The notes under the pieces: model-generated
What the model was told of the DNA's origin: nothing
What the model saw: the letters and a program-made list of their open reading frames with translations, nothing else
Databases searched by the model: none
In this document: piece by piece, positions 50,469-60,745 of the stretch
How the letters are laid out: each line of letters opens with the position of its first letter
Numbering within the stretch: position 1 is the first letter of the stretch
Source of the DNA: Candidatus Melainabacteria bacterium
GTDB taxonomy: Bacteria > Cyanobacteriota > Vampirovibrionia > Obscuribacterales > Obscuribacteraceae
Assembly (NCBI GenBank): GCA_027451745.1
Contig: DAIDIP010000005.1
Coordinates: forward strand, 61,505 to 125,504
Reading direction: 5' to 3'
Length of the DNA: 64,000 nucleotides
Program-made: the position numbers and the translations under genes

Positions 50469-52422
50469 TCGCAGCGATCCAGATGCAATACTTTCTCGTT
50501 TAAAACAGGAAGAGTTGCAAAACAAACGTGGTCGATTAAAGATTTTTTTTGGCGCGACAGCTGGTGTTGGTAAAACATACGCCATGCTTGAAGCAGCACA
50601 GGCTCTCAAAAAGCAGCACGTAGATGTTGTTATCGGTTATGTTGAAACACATGGTAGAAAGGAAACTGAAGCCCTTTTGGAAGGACTCGAAATCATTCCT
50701 TCCAAATATATAGAATACAAAGGCACAAGTTTACGAGAATTTGATCTGGATGCTGCTTTGCTGCGCAAGCCAGAGATAATTTTGGTAGATGAACTGGCTC
50801 ATACTAATGCTCCCAATTCAAGACACATCAAACGCTGGCAAGACATACAAGAATTATTGGAAGCAAAAATAGATGTTTTTACTACTGTGAATGTTCAGCA
50901 CGTTGAAAGCTTGCACGATGTAATTGCTCAAATAACAAAAGTATCGGTAAGTGAGCGCGTTCCTGATTCTTTACTTGAAAAAGCCTATGAAATAGAGCTG
51001 GTAGATCTTACTCCTGACGAGCTATTAGACAGGCTCAAAGAAGGCAAGGTATATATATCCGATCAAGCTAAAGCAGCAATGGACAATTTCTTTCGCAAAG
51101 GTAATCTTATTGCTCTACGTGAGCTAGCGCTCCGTTATACAGCAGAACGCGTCGTTGCCGAAATGAACACATATCGCCAGCTTCACGAAATTAAAGCCCT
51201 TTGGCCAGCAGCTGAGCATATTTTAGTCTGTATTAGTGCTAGTCCTCTGTCGTCTCGGCTTGTCCGAGCAGGCAAACGGATGTCGGAAGGCTTGCATGCT
51301 AAATGGATGGTGGTTTATGTTGAAGGACCACGAGAAGCAACATTACCCACCAAAGAACATAATAGCGTTATGCAAACTTTGCGACTAGCTCAACGATTAG
51401 GCGCAGAAATTTTAGAAACTTCTAGCCAAAATGTCGCCGAAGAAATCATCCAAACCGCAAATCGGCACAATATTTCTAAAATAATCATAGGTAAGCCTGC
51501 TCGTCCTAGATGGAAAGAGATTTTATTTGGCTCAGTCGTTGACGACGTCATTCGTCAAAGTGGACCTATCGATATCTACGTTATTACAGGTGATGAAGTT
51601 CGCCCGCTTTCAACATCGTCAATGAGTCCAGTAAAAAAAATAGACCAACTAGCCTATTTTAAAACAATATTGATATTAGCAATCTGTACGACAATAGGCA
51701 GTCTGATGCTACGCCATTTTGCTTTATCAAACATTATTATGATTTATCTATTAGGCACAGCTATAGTAGCCACTCGCTATGGAAAAGGTCCTTCAATATT
51801 AGCGGCCGTATTGGGCGTAGCCGCTTTTGACTTTTTCTATGTCCCACCATACTACAACTTTAGCGTAAGTGATGTGCAATACGTGGTTACATTAGTTGTT
51901 ATGCTTATAATTGCTTTGCTTATAAGTAATCTTACTACCGCTCTCAAGCAACAAGTTGATGCATCGCGAATGAGAGAAGCCCAAACAGCTGCTTTATATT
52001 CGATGAGTAAGGAATTAGCTTCAACCTTAGACATGGATAGTCTGATCGCAATAGGCTTACGCCATATTGGCAATGTTTTTCACAGTAAAGTGGCATTATT
52101 ACTCTCAGGCGACGAAGGACAATTATTGCCAGCAACCAGGGAAGACAGTAACCATTGCCTTACAGATCCAAGGATAGAAGTGGCTACCTGGGTATATCAA
52201 AACAAACAAGCGGCTGGCTTAGGAACTGATACTATTCCCGGCGCAAAAGAATTATATTTGCCTGTTGTTGGCACAGAAAAGTCTATAGGTGTACTAGCCA
52301 TTAAACCCACTCATAACAATGAGTTTCTATCACCCGAGCGATTGAAATTGTTAGAAACATTCACTAGCCAGATTGCTTTGGCTTGTGAGCGGGCCAAATT
52401 ACCTAGCCTACATGAACCTTAG
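50461..52422 (+). CDS. kdpD: KdpD sensor portion only (KdpD-N + USP + 4 TM/DUF4118 + GAF-like); no HisKA/HATPase kinase core
   Basis: [17 protein letters not shown] Walker-A-like motif, USP region ([16 protein letters not shown]), and a TM cluster. It ends ...[21 protein letters not shown], where full-length KdpD proteins continue into the H-box. 8-bp overlap with kdpC. Confidence 0.85.
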   Translation: MNDRSDPDAILSRLKQEELQNKRGRLKIFFGATAGVGKTYAMLEAAQALKKQHVDVVIGYVETHGRKETEALLEGLEIIPSKYIEYKGTSLREFDLDAALLRKPEIILVDELAHTNAPNSRHIKRWQDIQELLEAKIDVFTTVNVQHVESLHDVIAQITKVSVSERVPDSLLEKAYEIELVDLTPDELLDRLKEGKVYISDQAKAAMDNFFRKGNLIALRELALRYTAERVVAEMNTYRQLHEIKALWPAAEHILVCISASPLSSRLVRAGKRMSEGLHAKWMVVYVEGPREATLPTKEHNSVMQTLRLAQRLGAEILETSSQNVAEEIIQTANRHNISKIIIGKPARPRWKEILFGSVVDDVIRQSGPIDIYVITGDEVRPLSTSSMSPVKKIDQLAYFKTILILAICTTIGSLMLRHFALSNIIMIYLLGTAIVATRYGKGPSILAAVLGVAAFDFFYVPPYYNFSVSDVQYVVTLVVMLIIALLISNLTTALKQQVDASRMREAQTAALYSMSKELASTLDMDSLIAIGLRHIGNVFHSKVALLLSGDEGQLLPATREDSNHCLTDPRIEVATWVYQNKQAAGLGTDTIPGAKELYLPVVGTEKSIGVLAIKPTHNNEFLSPERLKLLETFTSQIALACERAKLPSLHEP

Positions 52423-54337
52423 GTCTTTTATTTGGATTTGGTTCTGCTTTACGCAAAATCTCTCGTGTTACAGGTGCCGTTTCACCTTCGCCCCAAAATA
52501 AATATTTAAGTATATAAACGATCGGATTTCCCTCAGTCCAACCTAAATACAGGTGCGGTATTTGATGTGTTTGATTGCGCAGGTATAACATCAAGGCAGC
52601 TAATGCGTTTGGTACAGCAGTACTTGAGCACTTAAGAACTTTATATTGGCCAACCTTTTCACCTGAGACATCTAAAACATCATCATCAAAATCTGAGGCA
52701 TCACTTATTCTTACTTCTACAAATATAATTTCGTCCTGGGCAATATTATGATTATTAGCAGCTTCTGCTGCTTTTACTTCGTAATTTATTTGTCCTGGTC
52801 TATGAGCAACTAAACGAACTACTTTTCGGCTTGCATTATCAATAAATTCTTTTGCCTGATCATCCAAAACAGTGCGATGTATCCGCAACTCTGTGGATCG
52901 AGCTATTCTTGAGGCAAAAGAAGTCACAAGTATAACCAATATAAAGAAAGAAGCGATCTTTATACCATCAGGTCTTTCAATAGTATTAGCTATTGTTGTA
53001 TAGCAAAATACAAAAGTAATGCCCAGGAATGCTAGACGTTTTAGCAAACTTTCTTTTGAAACACTCAGCAAAGAAGCAATAGCCGCTGAAGTCATCAAAA
53101 CTAATACACCTGTAGCATAAGCTGAGCCCTGAGCATCAACATCAGCATGAAAGATAAAAGTAACAGCAAATGATACTAGGGTATAAAATGTCACCAATGG
53201 CCGACGAGCTTTAGCCCAATCAGGTGCCATTCCATAACGTGGCAAATATTTAGGCACTAGACTTAAGAGCCCAGTCATCGCTGAGGCACCAGCAAACCAT
53301 AGAATTAAAACAGTGCTAACATCATAAGCAGTACCAAAACCAGAACCCAAATATTTATGAGCAAGATAAGCTATTGCTCTACCATTCGCTTCTCCTCCTG
53401 GCTCAAACTGTTGAGGAGGGATAAGAATAGATGTAGAGATAGAGCTTGCCAAAAGAAAAAGACTCATAATAATGGCTGCTGCCGCTAATAGTCTTTTCGT
53501 ATTTCTAACTCTCCCCTCAGGATGCTGTTCATTATCATTAGCATCACCCTTTACCAAAGGCATAACGGCCACACCAGTTTCAAAACCTGACAAACCAAGA
53601 GCAAGCTTTGGAAACAGCAAGCAAGAAATACCTAACATACTCCAGATTGAGCCGTGCGCAATAAACAGTTGATGCCACCAATCTTTGACCATCCACCAAT
53701 TACTTGATAGATGACACATACCCGTAATAACTACAACAGAACTCAGTCCTAGATAGAACCAGACCAAAATTACGGCTATGCTAATAGCTTCGCGAAACCC
53801 TTTAAGAAAAATTCCTCCTAGAACCGTAAGCATAATTATAGTTACAGCCATTCGGTGATCGACTAAAAATGGCCGTAATGAGTTGTGAATTAAAGGATTT
53901 TGTACTAAGTGGGTAGCAGCGTCCGCTGCCGAAAGAGTAATTGTAATAATGAAATCTGTAGCGGCAAAACCCAACAAACAAAGAACAAATAACTTGCCCC
54001 GCCAACCAGGTAGAAGCCTTTCAAGCATGGCAATGCTTCCTTGCCCATGTGGGCTCCTCTGAGCAACTCGACAATAAACAGGTAAAGCACCAAATAAGGT
54101 CAACAATACAAGAATTACTGTAGCAAGCGGGGACAATAATCCAGCAGCTAAAAAAGCAATCCCAGGTGCGTAACTGAGAGATGAAAAATAATCCACCCCT
54201 GTTAAACACATTACATTCCACCAACTATCCTGGTGTCCTTCCGGGCGTTGGGACCTGCGAATACCTTCTAAAAACCAGGTTGAAATTCTTTGTCTTGTCG
54301 ATCTCAAAACTTTTAACTCCGAAAACCCGGCTATCAA
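52403..54337 (-). CDS. APC-superfamily transporter with a roughly 170-aa C-terminal cytoplasmic domain
   Basis: About 12 TMs ([16 protein letters not shown]..., PLVKGDAN loop) and a hydrophilic tail. The 3' end overlaps the kdpD 3' end by 20 bp. Confidence 0.65.
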   Translation of the reverse strand: MIAGFSELKVLRSTRQRISTWFLEGIRRSQRPEGHQDSWWNVMCLTGVDYFSSLSYAPGIAFLAAGLLSPLATVILVLLTLFGALPVYCRVAQRSPHGQGSIAMLERLLPGWRGKLFVLCLLGFAATDFIITITLSAADAATHLVQNPLIHNSLRPFLVDHRMAVTIIMLTVLGGIFLKGFREAISIAVILVWFYLGLSSVVVITGMCHLSSNWWMVKDWWHQLFIAHGSIWSMLGISCLLFPKLALGLSGFETGVAVMPLVKGDANDNEQHPEGRVRNTKRLLAAAAIIMSLFLLASSISTSILIPPQQFEPGGEANGRAIAYLAHKYLGSGFGTAYDVSTVLILWFAGASAMTGLLSLVPKYLPRYGMAPDWAKARRPLVTFYTLVSFAVTFIFHADVDAQGSAYATGVLVLMTSAAIASLLSVSKESLLKRLAFLGITFVFCYTTIANTIERPDGIKIASFFILVILVTSFASRIARSTELRIHRTVLDDQAKEFIDNASRKVVRLVAHRPGQINYEVKAAEAANNHNIAQDEIIFVEVRISDASDFDDDVLDVSGEKVGQYKVLKCSSTAVPNALAALMLYLRNQTHQIPHLYLGWTEGNPIVYILKYLFWGEGETAPVTREILRKAEPNPNKRPKVHVG

Positions 54338-54460
54338 GCTATATGGAATCGATAGCTTCCTCTTGTCTAGATCTCTCTTCCTTTAGAAAACTATCAAAAC
54401 TAATCTATCAATAGTAGATTATTATAGTCTACATATCGCCCTTAACCATCGAGGGATCCA

Positions 54461-55459
54461 ATGCCCGTTTATCTGCTGGTCTTTTTAATTTTCGCCTGCA
54501 TAAGTACGAATCTGCCTTGTGCAGCTAAATTGGGCTGGCATAAGATGGTCTCGTCGCAATCTCCAAACTCGCAAGAAGTCCCCACTCAAATATTACGAAC
54601 AGGCATAAATCTATCTGTCCAGCAAATATCACCCAATACTCGTCAATTAGCAGATATTCTTAAAATCACACCGCTGTTGAAAAAAATTCAGGACAAACGT
54701 GAATCACTTGGCGAAAAAGACGAATTTCTTACTATTGACGACTTGCGAAATAGTCACCGCTTAGCTCTCAATGTCATCAACGCTATGCAGATAATTCAAG
54801 AGGCAAATTTGGCAGTTGACTTTACCCTTGCAGAAATTAGCGCTGAACAAAATGTTTATACTGACATATTAGGCAATTACCAAAGCAGCCGGGATAAAGC
54901 AGTTTTCAAAACAAATGCCTTAAGCTTCATCACTAATGGGGCTTTATGGGCTGTCTGCGAGGGGCTAGACATTCCTACTTTTGCTCGTCCTCGATACTCA
55001 GTTTCTTCAGGTACAACAGGGATTCTTGCTGGAATTATTCCATCGGTTGCCTCCGCTTATGCCTTATATCAACTAGATGGTAAACACAGATCTTCTGAAG
55101 CCGATCCCAATATGCTAGCGAAAATATTTAATTATCCTATCAACCCAGATATAGATTATCCAAATTCAGTCTGGCAATTCTTAAATTCTGTACCAGCAGA
55201 TGAACGAGGTGCTCAAACAAGGCGCGATCTGTTGATAGAACGCTGGGTAACTGATAAGAATATTCCTAATTTCACAGACCGTTCTTCAAAAGATCAATTA
55301 GACGTCATTACAGCAAGTGTGTCTAGGAGCAAGGGGCTTTCTATCGCCACTCTTAATGTGCGACAAGTAATGCTTAAACAACTCAGTGCCGAAATTCTAA
55401 AAATGAAGCGTATGCTTTTGGAATTGTCCATGGTTGTTCATGGTGAAAAAAGAATTTAG
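54461..55459 (+). CDS. Hypothetical exported/membrane protein
   Basis: Signal-like N-terminus MPVYLLVFLIFACISTNLPCAA and internal hydrophobic segments. No family recognised. Confidence 0.5.
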   Translation: MPVYLLVFLIFACISTNLPCAAKLGWHKMVSSQSPNSQEVPTQILRTGINLSVQQISPNTRQLADILKITPLLKKIQDKRESLGEKDEFLTIDDLRNSHRLALNVINAMQIIQEANLAVDFTLAEISAEQNVYTDILGNYQSSRDKAVFKTNALSFITNGALWAVCEGLDIPTFARPRYSVSSGTTGILAGIIPSVASAYALYQLDGKHRSSEADPNMLAKIFNYPINPDIDYPNSVWQFLNSVPADERGAQTRRDLLIERWVTDKNIPNFTDRSSKDQLDVITASVSRSKGLSIATLNVRQVMLKQLSAEILKMKRMLLELSMVVHGEKRI

Positions 55460-55465
55460 TCTAAA

Positions 55466-56461
55466 TTATAATAAACCCGCCTGTCGCGCCCAGTCAATTT
55501 CTTCTTTGAGCGCTGTCGCCAGTGAATACCGTGGCTGAAAATCTGTTGCTTTAACTAAACGTTCAACACAGAGCGTTGTCGAAGTGGAGAGCTTGTTTAA
55601 TTGCTCGGTACTAATCGGCAATACTCCAGGCATTAATTTGTCAGCAATCAAAGTACCAGCTTTTAACAACCCTGCCGGTATAGTAGGAATAAATTCACTT
55701 TGTCCAAGAGCTAAAGATATTTCTTTTGCCAATTCTTTTAATGATACTTGCTTGGGATTGGCAATATTCAGTGTGTGTTGGCCAATTGGTAGTTTTTCCA
55801 AACATAGAGCAACCCCTAATGCAAGATCCTTAGCATAGATAAGGCTTTTTGTTGTTTCACCATTTCCTATATAAACAAAACGTTTTTTCTTTATTGATTG
55901 TATTAGCTTTATTAGATTGCCTCTATCACCAACGCCAAAAACCAGTGCGGGTCGCAAACTAACAACTCGTTCAAACTCAGCCGTATTCTGCGCCAAATTT
56001 TCACACAACTTTTTCGACACTGCATATGGCGTATCAGCTTTCAGCGGCGTGTTTTCGTCTATCATCACAAATGGCCCAGAACCATAGACTGCCGAAGTAC
56101 TAAATAATAAAAATGTGCGCACATTGCTAAATTTGGCAGCCTTTATCAATTGTTCAGTTGCTCTCACATTCAACAATTCATAGTCTTGATACAAAGCATC
56201 TGGCTGGTGTACCAACCCGGCTAAGTGAATAACTGTAGAACATTCTCTAACCAAACCGTTAAAATCATTGTCTGCTGATCGTGCAAAGTCACACTCAATG
56301 AATTCGATTCTGTGAAAATATTTTTCATTGCTAAACTGTGCTCGGGCACGAGGTAAATCACGCACCTGGGCTCGCACATTAAAGCCTCTTTCTAAAAGTA
56401 CTGGTATTAATGCCCTGCCAATAAGTCCAGTGCTGCCAGTAATTAATACTCTGTTCAGCAT
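55466..56461 (-). CDS. NAD-dependent epimerase/dehydratase (extended SDR)
   Basis: Rossmann motif ITGSTGLIGRAL and catalytic YAVSK. Confidence 0.85.
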   Translation of the reverse strand: MLNRVLITGSTGLIGRALIPVLLERGFNVRAQVRDLPRARAQFSNEKYFHRIEFIECDFARSADNDFNGLVRECSTVIHLAGLVHQPDALYQDYELLNVRATEQLIKAAKFSNVRTFLLFSTSAVYGSGPFVMIDENTPLKADTPYAVSKKLCENLAQNTAEFERVVSLRPALVFGVGDRGNLIKLIQSIKKKRFVYIGNGETTKSLIYAKDLALGVALCLEKLPIGQHTLNIANPKQVSLKELAKEISLALGQSEFIPTIPAGLLKAGTLIADKLMPGVLPISTEQLNKLSTSTTLCVERLVKATDFQPRYSLATALKEEIDWARQAGLL

Positions 56462-57390
56462 ATTGACTTATCTATAGGAATCTCTTTCAATGCACGCTCT
56501 GGTGCTTTCATTTGCGCTTTTACCAAATTAACAATCACAAATAAGATTGCCCTCAACCAAATAGCCATATAAACCAATTGATTGAATATCGGCCAATAAT
56601 TTTTTGCTAAATGTTTGCGATAAAAAACTGCCATGCCTTTGTGTAGATCAAAAGTTGTGCCTACTGGACGCAATCTACTGGAAGCGCCATGACTATGATA
56701 AATCGCTGCTTGCGGATAATAAAAGACTTGCCAGCCGTATTGTTTAACTCTCCAACACCAATCTATATCTTCACCAAACATAAAAATATCTTCGTCTAAC
56801 AATCCTATTTTTTCTACAACATTTTTTCTTATCATCATGCAGCTACCAGACAAAGCATCTACTTCCGCTTCTTTATTAGGATCTGTATAAGTCATATTGT
56901 ATTTGGCAATATGCGGATTTTCTGGAAATAATTTACTCAAATAAGTAAGGCGAAAAAAAGCAGCTGTCGGCGATGGGAAAGACCGACGGCAAGCTAATTG
57001 TAATGTGCCGTCCTCATTCAATATTTTTGGACCCACTGCCCCAACCAAAGGATGATTGTCTAAAAAAGCACCAAGTTTACTGATTGCGCTATCTACAACG
57101 ATAGTGTCAGGATTGAGAAGCAAAATATATTTGCCTTTTGCTTTAGGTATAGCTTGGTTGCAAGCTTTGGAAAAACCGACATTTTGATCGTTAGCAATAA
57201 CTTTAACATAGGGAAATTCACGAGCCAAAACTGACAATGACTCGTCGTGTGAAGCATTGTCTATCACATAGATCTCAAAGGACTTAGCTTCCTCATCTTT
57301 ACTTACAGTGTCCAAACACTGTTTTAGCAAAGCCGGCGTTCGCCAGTTTACAATAACAATAGAAATTTTGGGCACAAGCACAATAGACAT
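56455..57390 (-). CDS. Glycosyltransferase family 2
   Basis: SIVIVNWRT...IDNASHDES, LLLNPDT (DxD-like), GEDIDWCWR. 7-bp overlap with the downstream epimerase gene. Confidence 0.85.
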   Translation of the reverse strand: MSIVLVPKISIVIVNWRTPALLKQCLDTVSKDEEAKSFEIYVIDNASHDESLSVLAREFPYVKVIANDQNVGFSKACNQAIPKAKGKYILLLNPDTIVVDSAISKLGAFLDNHPLVGAVGPKILNEDGTLQLACRRSFPSPTAAFFRLTYLSKLFPENPHIAKYNMTYTDPNKEAEVDALSGSCMMIRKNVVEKIGLLDEDIFMFGEDIDWCWRVKQYGWQVFYYPQAAIYHSHGASSRLRPVGTTFDLHKGMAVFYRKHLAKNYWPIFNQLVYMAIWLRAILFVIVNLVKAQMKAPERALKEIPIDKSIC

Positions 57391-57400
57391 CCTTTAAAAA

Positions 57401-58711
57401 TTATACTTGCTGCTTCACATGTTCAAGAGCAGCACTAAGATCTGCAATTATATCTTGTGGAGCTTCAATGCCTACTGCCATCCGAATGCCACCAGGATCA
57501 ATCCCTAAAGCGACTTGCTCAGAAGCAGGATAGCTTACATGTGTCATGGAACCAGGATGTTCTATTAAAGTGCGTAATTGTCCCAAACTTACTGCTAACG
57601 TTATAGCATAGGCATGCTGAGCTATATAGTTCATCATTTGTTCACCACGCATTTTTGAATGCTCAGCATTATCACCCTTGAGCACAAAATAAATCATAAA
57701 ACCAGGAGCGAATTCTCCATCATAATCTCGCAGTAGGCGTTGAGCCAATTCATACTGTGGAAAACTGGGTAAGCCCGGATAGCTTACCTTTTCTACTAAT
57801 GGATGGCTTAATAGAAATTGAGCCACCTTCAGTGCGTTTTGTTGTTGTCTAGGTACTCGCAATGATAAGGTCGAAATACCATAGACCATAATATGCCAAG
57901 CGGTAATTGGTGCAAGCATGCCTCCAAAATCTTTGCGAAATAAAATAAGTGCTTCGTGATATTTCTGCTTTGTAATTACAACACCACCCATATCAGTACC
58001 AAAACCACAAAGTCCTTTGGTTAAGCTGTGCACCACTATGTCTACACCATGTTTAGCTGGTCTTTGGCAATAAGGTGTTGCAAAAGTATTATCAAAAACC
58101 GAGAGTATCTTTTTGTCCTCAGTCCGCTTAGCATTGATTTTATTCAATTCCTTAATTACTGTTTCGGTATCAATAAGTTCTAAATTAGGATTGGCAGGTG
58201 ACTCAAGATACAAAACACGTGTATTCTCATTTACAAGAGCTAGAAAAGACTTAGGATCAGTCAAATCACAAAAGTGAACTTTTATTCCCAGCTTATTTAG
58301 CCAAGTAGTAAACAGACTATAGGTACAGCCATACACAGTTTTATGAGATATTATTTCACTGCCTTTGTTTAAAGCAAAACAAACTGCTGCGTGTACTGCT
58401 GCCATACCAGTAGTAAAAGTAACTGCACTTTCTTGTTCTTCTGCAATAGCCAAAGCATGTTGCAACATGTCTACTGTGGGTTCGCCAAAACGATCATAAA
58501 TATAAATTGGCTGATGCCCCGGAGCAGGCGGCTGAGAAAACTCAGCAAAACCTTTGGCTCCCCGACCGGCCGAATCTAAACGAAATGTAGAAGAAGTTGT
58601 AATAGGAGGAATTACATGATGTGTATAATCCCATTCAGAAGCTGGGGATTGTCCATAAATTAGCCTAGTCGGGATAGAGTATCTTTTATCATCTATCTTT
58701 TTTAGCACCAT
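57401..58711 (-). CDS. PLP-dependent Cys/Met-metabolism family enzyme (cystathionine gamma-synthase / methionine gamma-lyase / O-acylhomoserine sulfhydrylase-like)
   Basis: Family layout with FDNTFATPY, DIVVHSLTKGL (PLP lysine), YPGLPSFPQ, SLGQLRTLIEHPGSMTH, IRMAVGIE. Confidence 0.8.
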   Translation of the reverse strand: MVLKKIDDKRYSIPTRLIYGQSPASEWDYTHHVIPPITTSSTFRLDSAGRGAKGFAEFSQPPAPGHQPIYIYDRFGEPTVDMLQHALAIAEEQESAVTFTTGMAAVHAAVCFALNKGSEIISHKTVYGCTYSLFTTWLNKLGIKVHFCDLTDPKSFLALVNENTRVLYLESPANPNLELIDTETVIKELNKINAKRTEDKKILSVFDNTFATPYCQRPAKHGVDIVVHSLTKGLCGFGTDMGGVVITKQKYHEALILFRKDFGGMLAPITAWHIMVYGISTLSLRVPRQQQNALKVAQFLLSHPLVEKVSYPGLPSFPQYELAQRLLRDYDGEFAPGFMIYFVLKGDNAEHSKMRGEQMMNYIAQHAYAITLAVSLGQLRTLIEHPGSMTHVSYPASEQVALGIDPGGIRMAVGIEAPQDIIADLSAALEHVKQQV

Positions 58712-58726
58712 TTTTCAGTGTCCTTT

Positions 58727-59383
58727 TTATTTTTTCTTTTTGGCTTTTGCTACATTGTAACTGCTTTTTTGTTTATTATTAAGCAATTGACCATAGACAG
58801 CTGTTTGCTGCGAATTATATTTCAGCGAAGTGCCAACATTTTCTTTTCGCGAATACACTCGTCCATAAGTGGCAGTAGTTGGTTCTGACTGGACAGGCTG
58901 GGTAAGTTTTGCATTAACACGCTCTTCATAAGAAGGCTGGTCCATAGGTGCCTGCGGCATTTTTGCTTCTGAATACCTGGCCTTCACTTCTTCCATAGCT
59001 TGGGGAGAAAAAGGAAGATGACCGGGTCTATCATCTGGGCGATTTTCTACAGGATACTGATATGTTGCCTTTGTCGGGGCATGTTTATAACCCTGATTTG
59101 GAGCAATTGCAGTATCTGGTTTGGCTGTTTGCACAGGCAGTTTGGCATAGCCTTGTTTATAAGAATAAATAGGGTCCCAATGCCACCTAGCCAAATTAGG
59201 ATTACCTCTTACCAATCCCTGCTCCCAACCCTGCACTGCCTCTATTCCAGTAGTCACTCTAACTGTTCGCGTCGGAACGCCCTGTTTTTTTGCCTTTGTG
59301 TCCGCATAAGCACACGGCACCCCCAAACTGTTTAAAGTCATTAAAGCAGCCAAAAGTAAGTATGAATTAGGAGTTTCCTTCAT
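58727..59383 (-). CDS. Secreted hypothetical protein with a Lys-rich C-terminus
   Basis: Signal peptide SYLLLAALMTLNSLGVPCAYA. Pro/Gln-rich body. Ends AKAKKKK. Confidence 0.5.
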   Translation of the reverse strand: MKETPNSYLLLAALMTLNSLGVPCAYADTKAKKQGVPTRTVRVTTGIEAVQGWEQGLVRGNPNLARWHWDPIYSYKQGYAKLPVQTAKPDTAIAPNQGYKHAPTKATYQYPVENRPDDRPGHLPFSPQAMEEVKARYSEAKMPQAPMDQPSYEERVNAKLTQPVQSEPTTATYGRVYSRKENVGTSLKYNSQQTAVYGQLLNNKQKSSYNVAKAKKKK

Positions 59384-59724
59384 TTAACAGATCCTCAATC
59401 TAATTATTGCCGCTATTTGGCAACGATCAAGTTAAAATCTGTGCCCTAGTATCTAATTTACATATCCAGCGTCAATTTACCTTAATATCTATCATACGCC
59501 GGACACGTTTTCTTATTGAAAACCCGTCTATTCTATTCAAACATCCTTAGTCCTCTTACAATCGCTGCCAACAGGTCGTTGTGAATTACTATAATTTAAA
59601 GGTAGTGTGTGTAAAGGGTAATAAATCAAACCCATTTTCTTTTTATACACAGCTATTAAAAGGTGAGATAATGAATGTCCTTTGTCGGTAATAGTTTAAA
59701 CAGACTCAGTTTAAAAGGAGCATT

Positions 59725-59919
59725 ATGTCGCAAACACAAACCATAATGGACACATCTGTCCTTGAAGAAGTTGTTCAATGGATTAAAGCTTTGAAAGACG
59801 TTGGTGTTTCGCCAGACACTGCTGCCAACGTAACAACAAAGTTCTTCATCGCCACAAGCGCTATTGGAGAAGAAGAAGACTTTGAAGACGAAGAATATAC
59901 TGAATACGACGAAGAGTAA
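59725..59919 (+). CDS. Small protein with a strongly acidic tail
   Basis: 64-aa ORF with AAGGAG 6 nt upstream of the ATG. C-terminus EEEDFEDEEYTEYDEE. Confidence 0.5.
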   Translation: MSQTQTIMDTSVLEEVVQWIKALKDVGVSPDTAANVTTKFFIATSAIGEEEDFEDEEYTEYDEE

Positions 59920-59945
59920 TCATTAAAACGTATAACCTGGTTGCC

Positions 59946-60698
59946 ATGCCGGGACTTAAGTCATTTGCCTCATTTCGGCGTCTAAACAAGACTGTATTTT
60001 TTACTTGTTTTGTTTTTTTGGCTTTAATGTCTTTATGGGTCCAAGCTTTTTTGTCTGCTCAAGCATTAGAAGCAGACTCAAATAATAACTATCAACCAAT
60101 TTCATCAGACGATCTTATCCACCTAAAAGAACGTGCGCCTAAGATTCTTGATGATTTAGATAAAAAAGTCGCCCAGCGCAATGACAATGGCAATAGCTAT
60201 TTCCGGCGTGCTTTTATTTACTATCAACTACAAGAATATCCTCGCGCGCTCAAAGACTGCGATCAAGCCTTAAAACTAGGACTTGATCACGCGAATGTAC
60301 ATTTGCTTCGCGGTGAAATTTTATTTGCTCAGAATAAATACAAAGAAGCATTGCCAGAAGTACAGCTCAGTATTGAAGAAAATAATAGTATTGCAAGAGC
60401 ATATGCCTTAGCAGCTGAAATCAACAACAATTTAAAAGAATATGCCAAAGCTTTGCAAAACAGCAGTAGGGCCATAGAATTAGATCCAAATACTGCTCGA
60501 TACTATGAAATCCGTGCAGACCTTGCTTATAAAGTAGAACAATATTTACGATGTATCACAGACACTACAAAAGCAATAGAACTTAGTCCTCAATCAAAAA
60601 CAGCTTATCTATTGCGAAGCAAAGCCGAATTAGCAGTTAAAGATCCACAGCGCGCAAAACTCGATGCTGAAAAAGCCAAAGAGTTGTCCAAAAAATAA
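59946..60698 (+). CDS. Exported TPR-repeat protein
   Basis: N-terminal hydrophobic signal (VFFTCFVFLALMSLWVQAFLSAQA) followed by about five TPR units (e.g. YFRRAFIYYQLQEYPRALKDCDQALKL). Confidence 0.7.
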   Translation: MPGLKSFASFRRLNKTVFFTCFVFLALMSLWVQAFLSAQALEADSNNNYQPISSDDLIHLKERAPKILDDLDKKVAQRNDNGNSYFRRAFIYYQLQEYPRALKDCDQALKLGLDHANVHLLRGEILFAQNKYKEALPEVQLSIEENNSIARAYALAAEINNNLKEYAKALQNSSRAIELDPNTARYYEIRADLAYKVEQYLRCITDTTKAIELSPQSKTAYLLRSKAELAVKDPQRAKLDAEKAKELSKK

Positions 60699-60745
60699 AG
60701 GTACAACCTAAAAATTAACGACGATTACCAAGCCGAGTAAATAAT

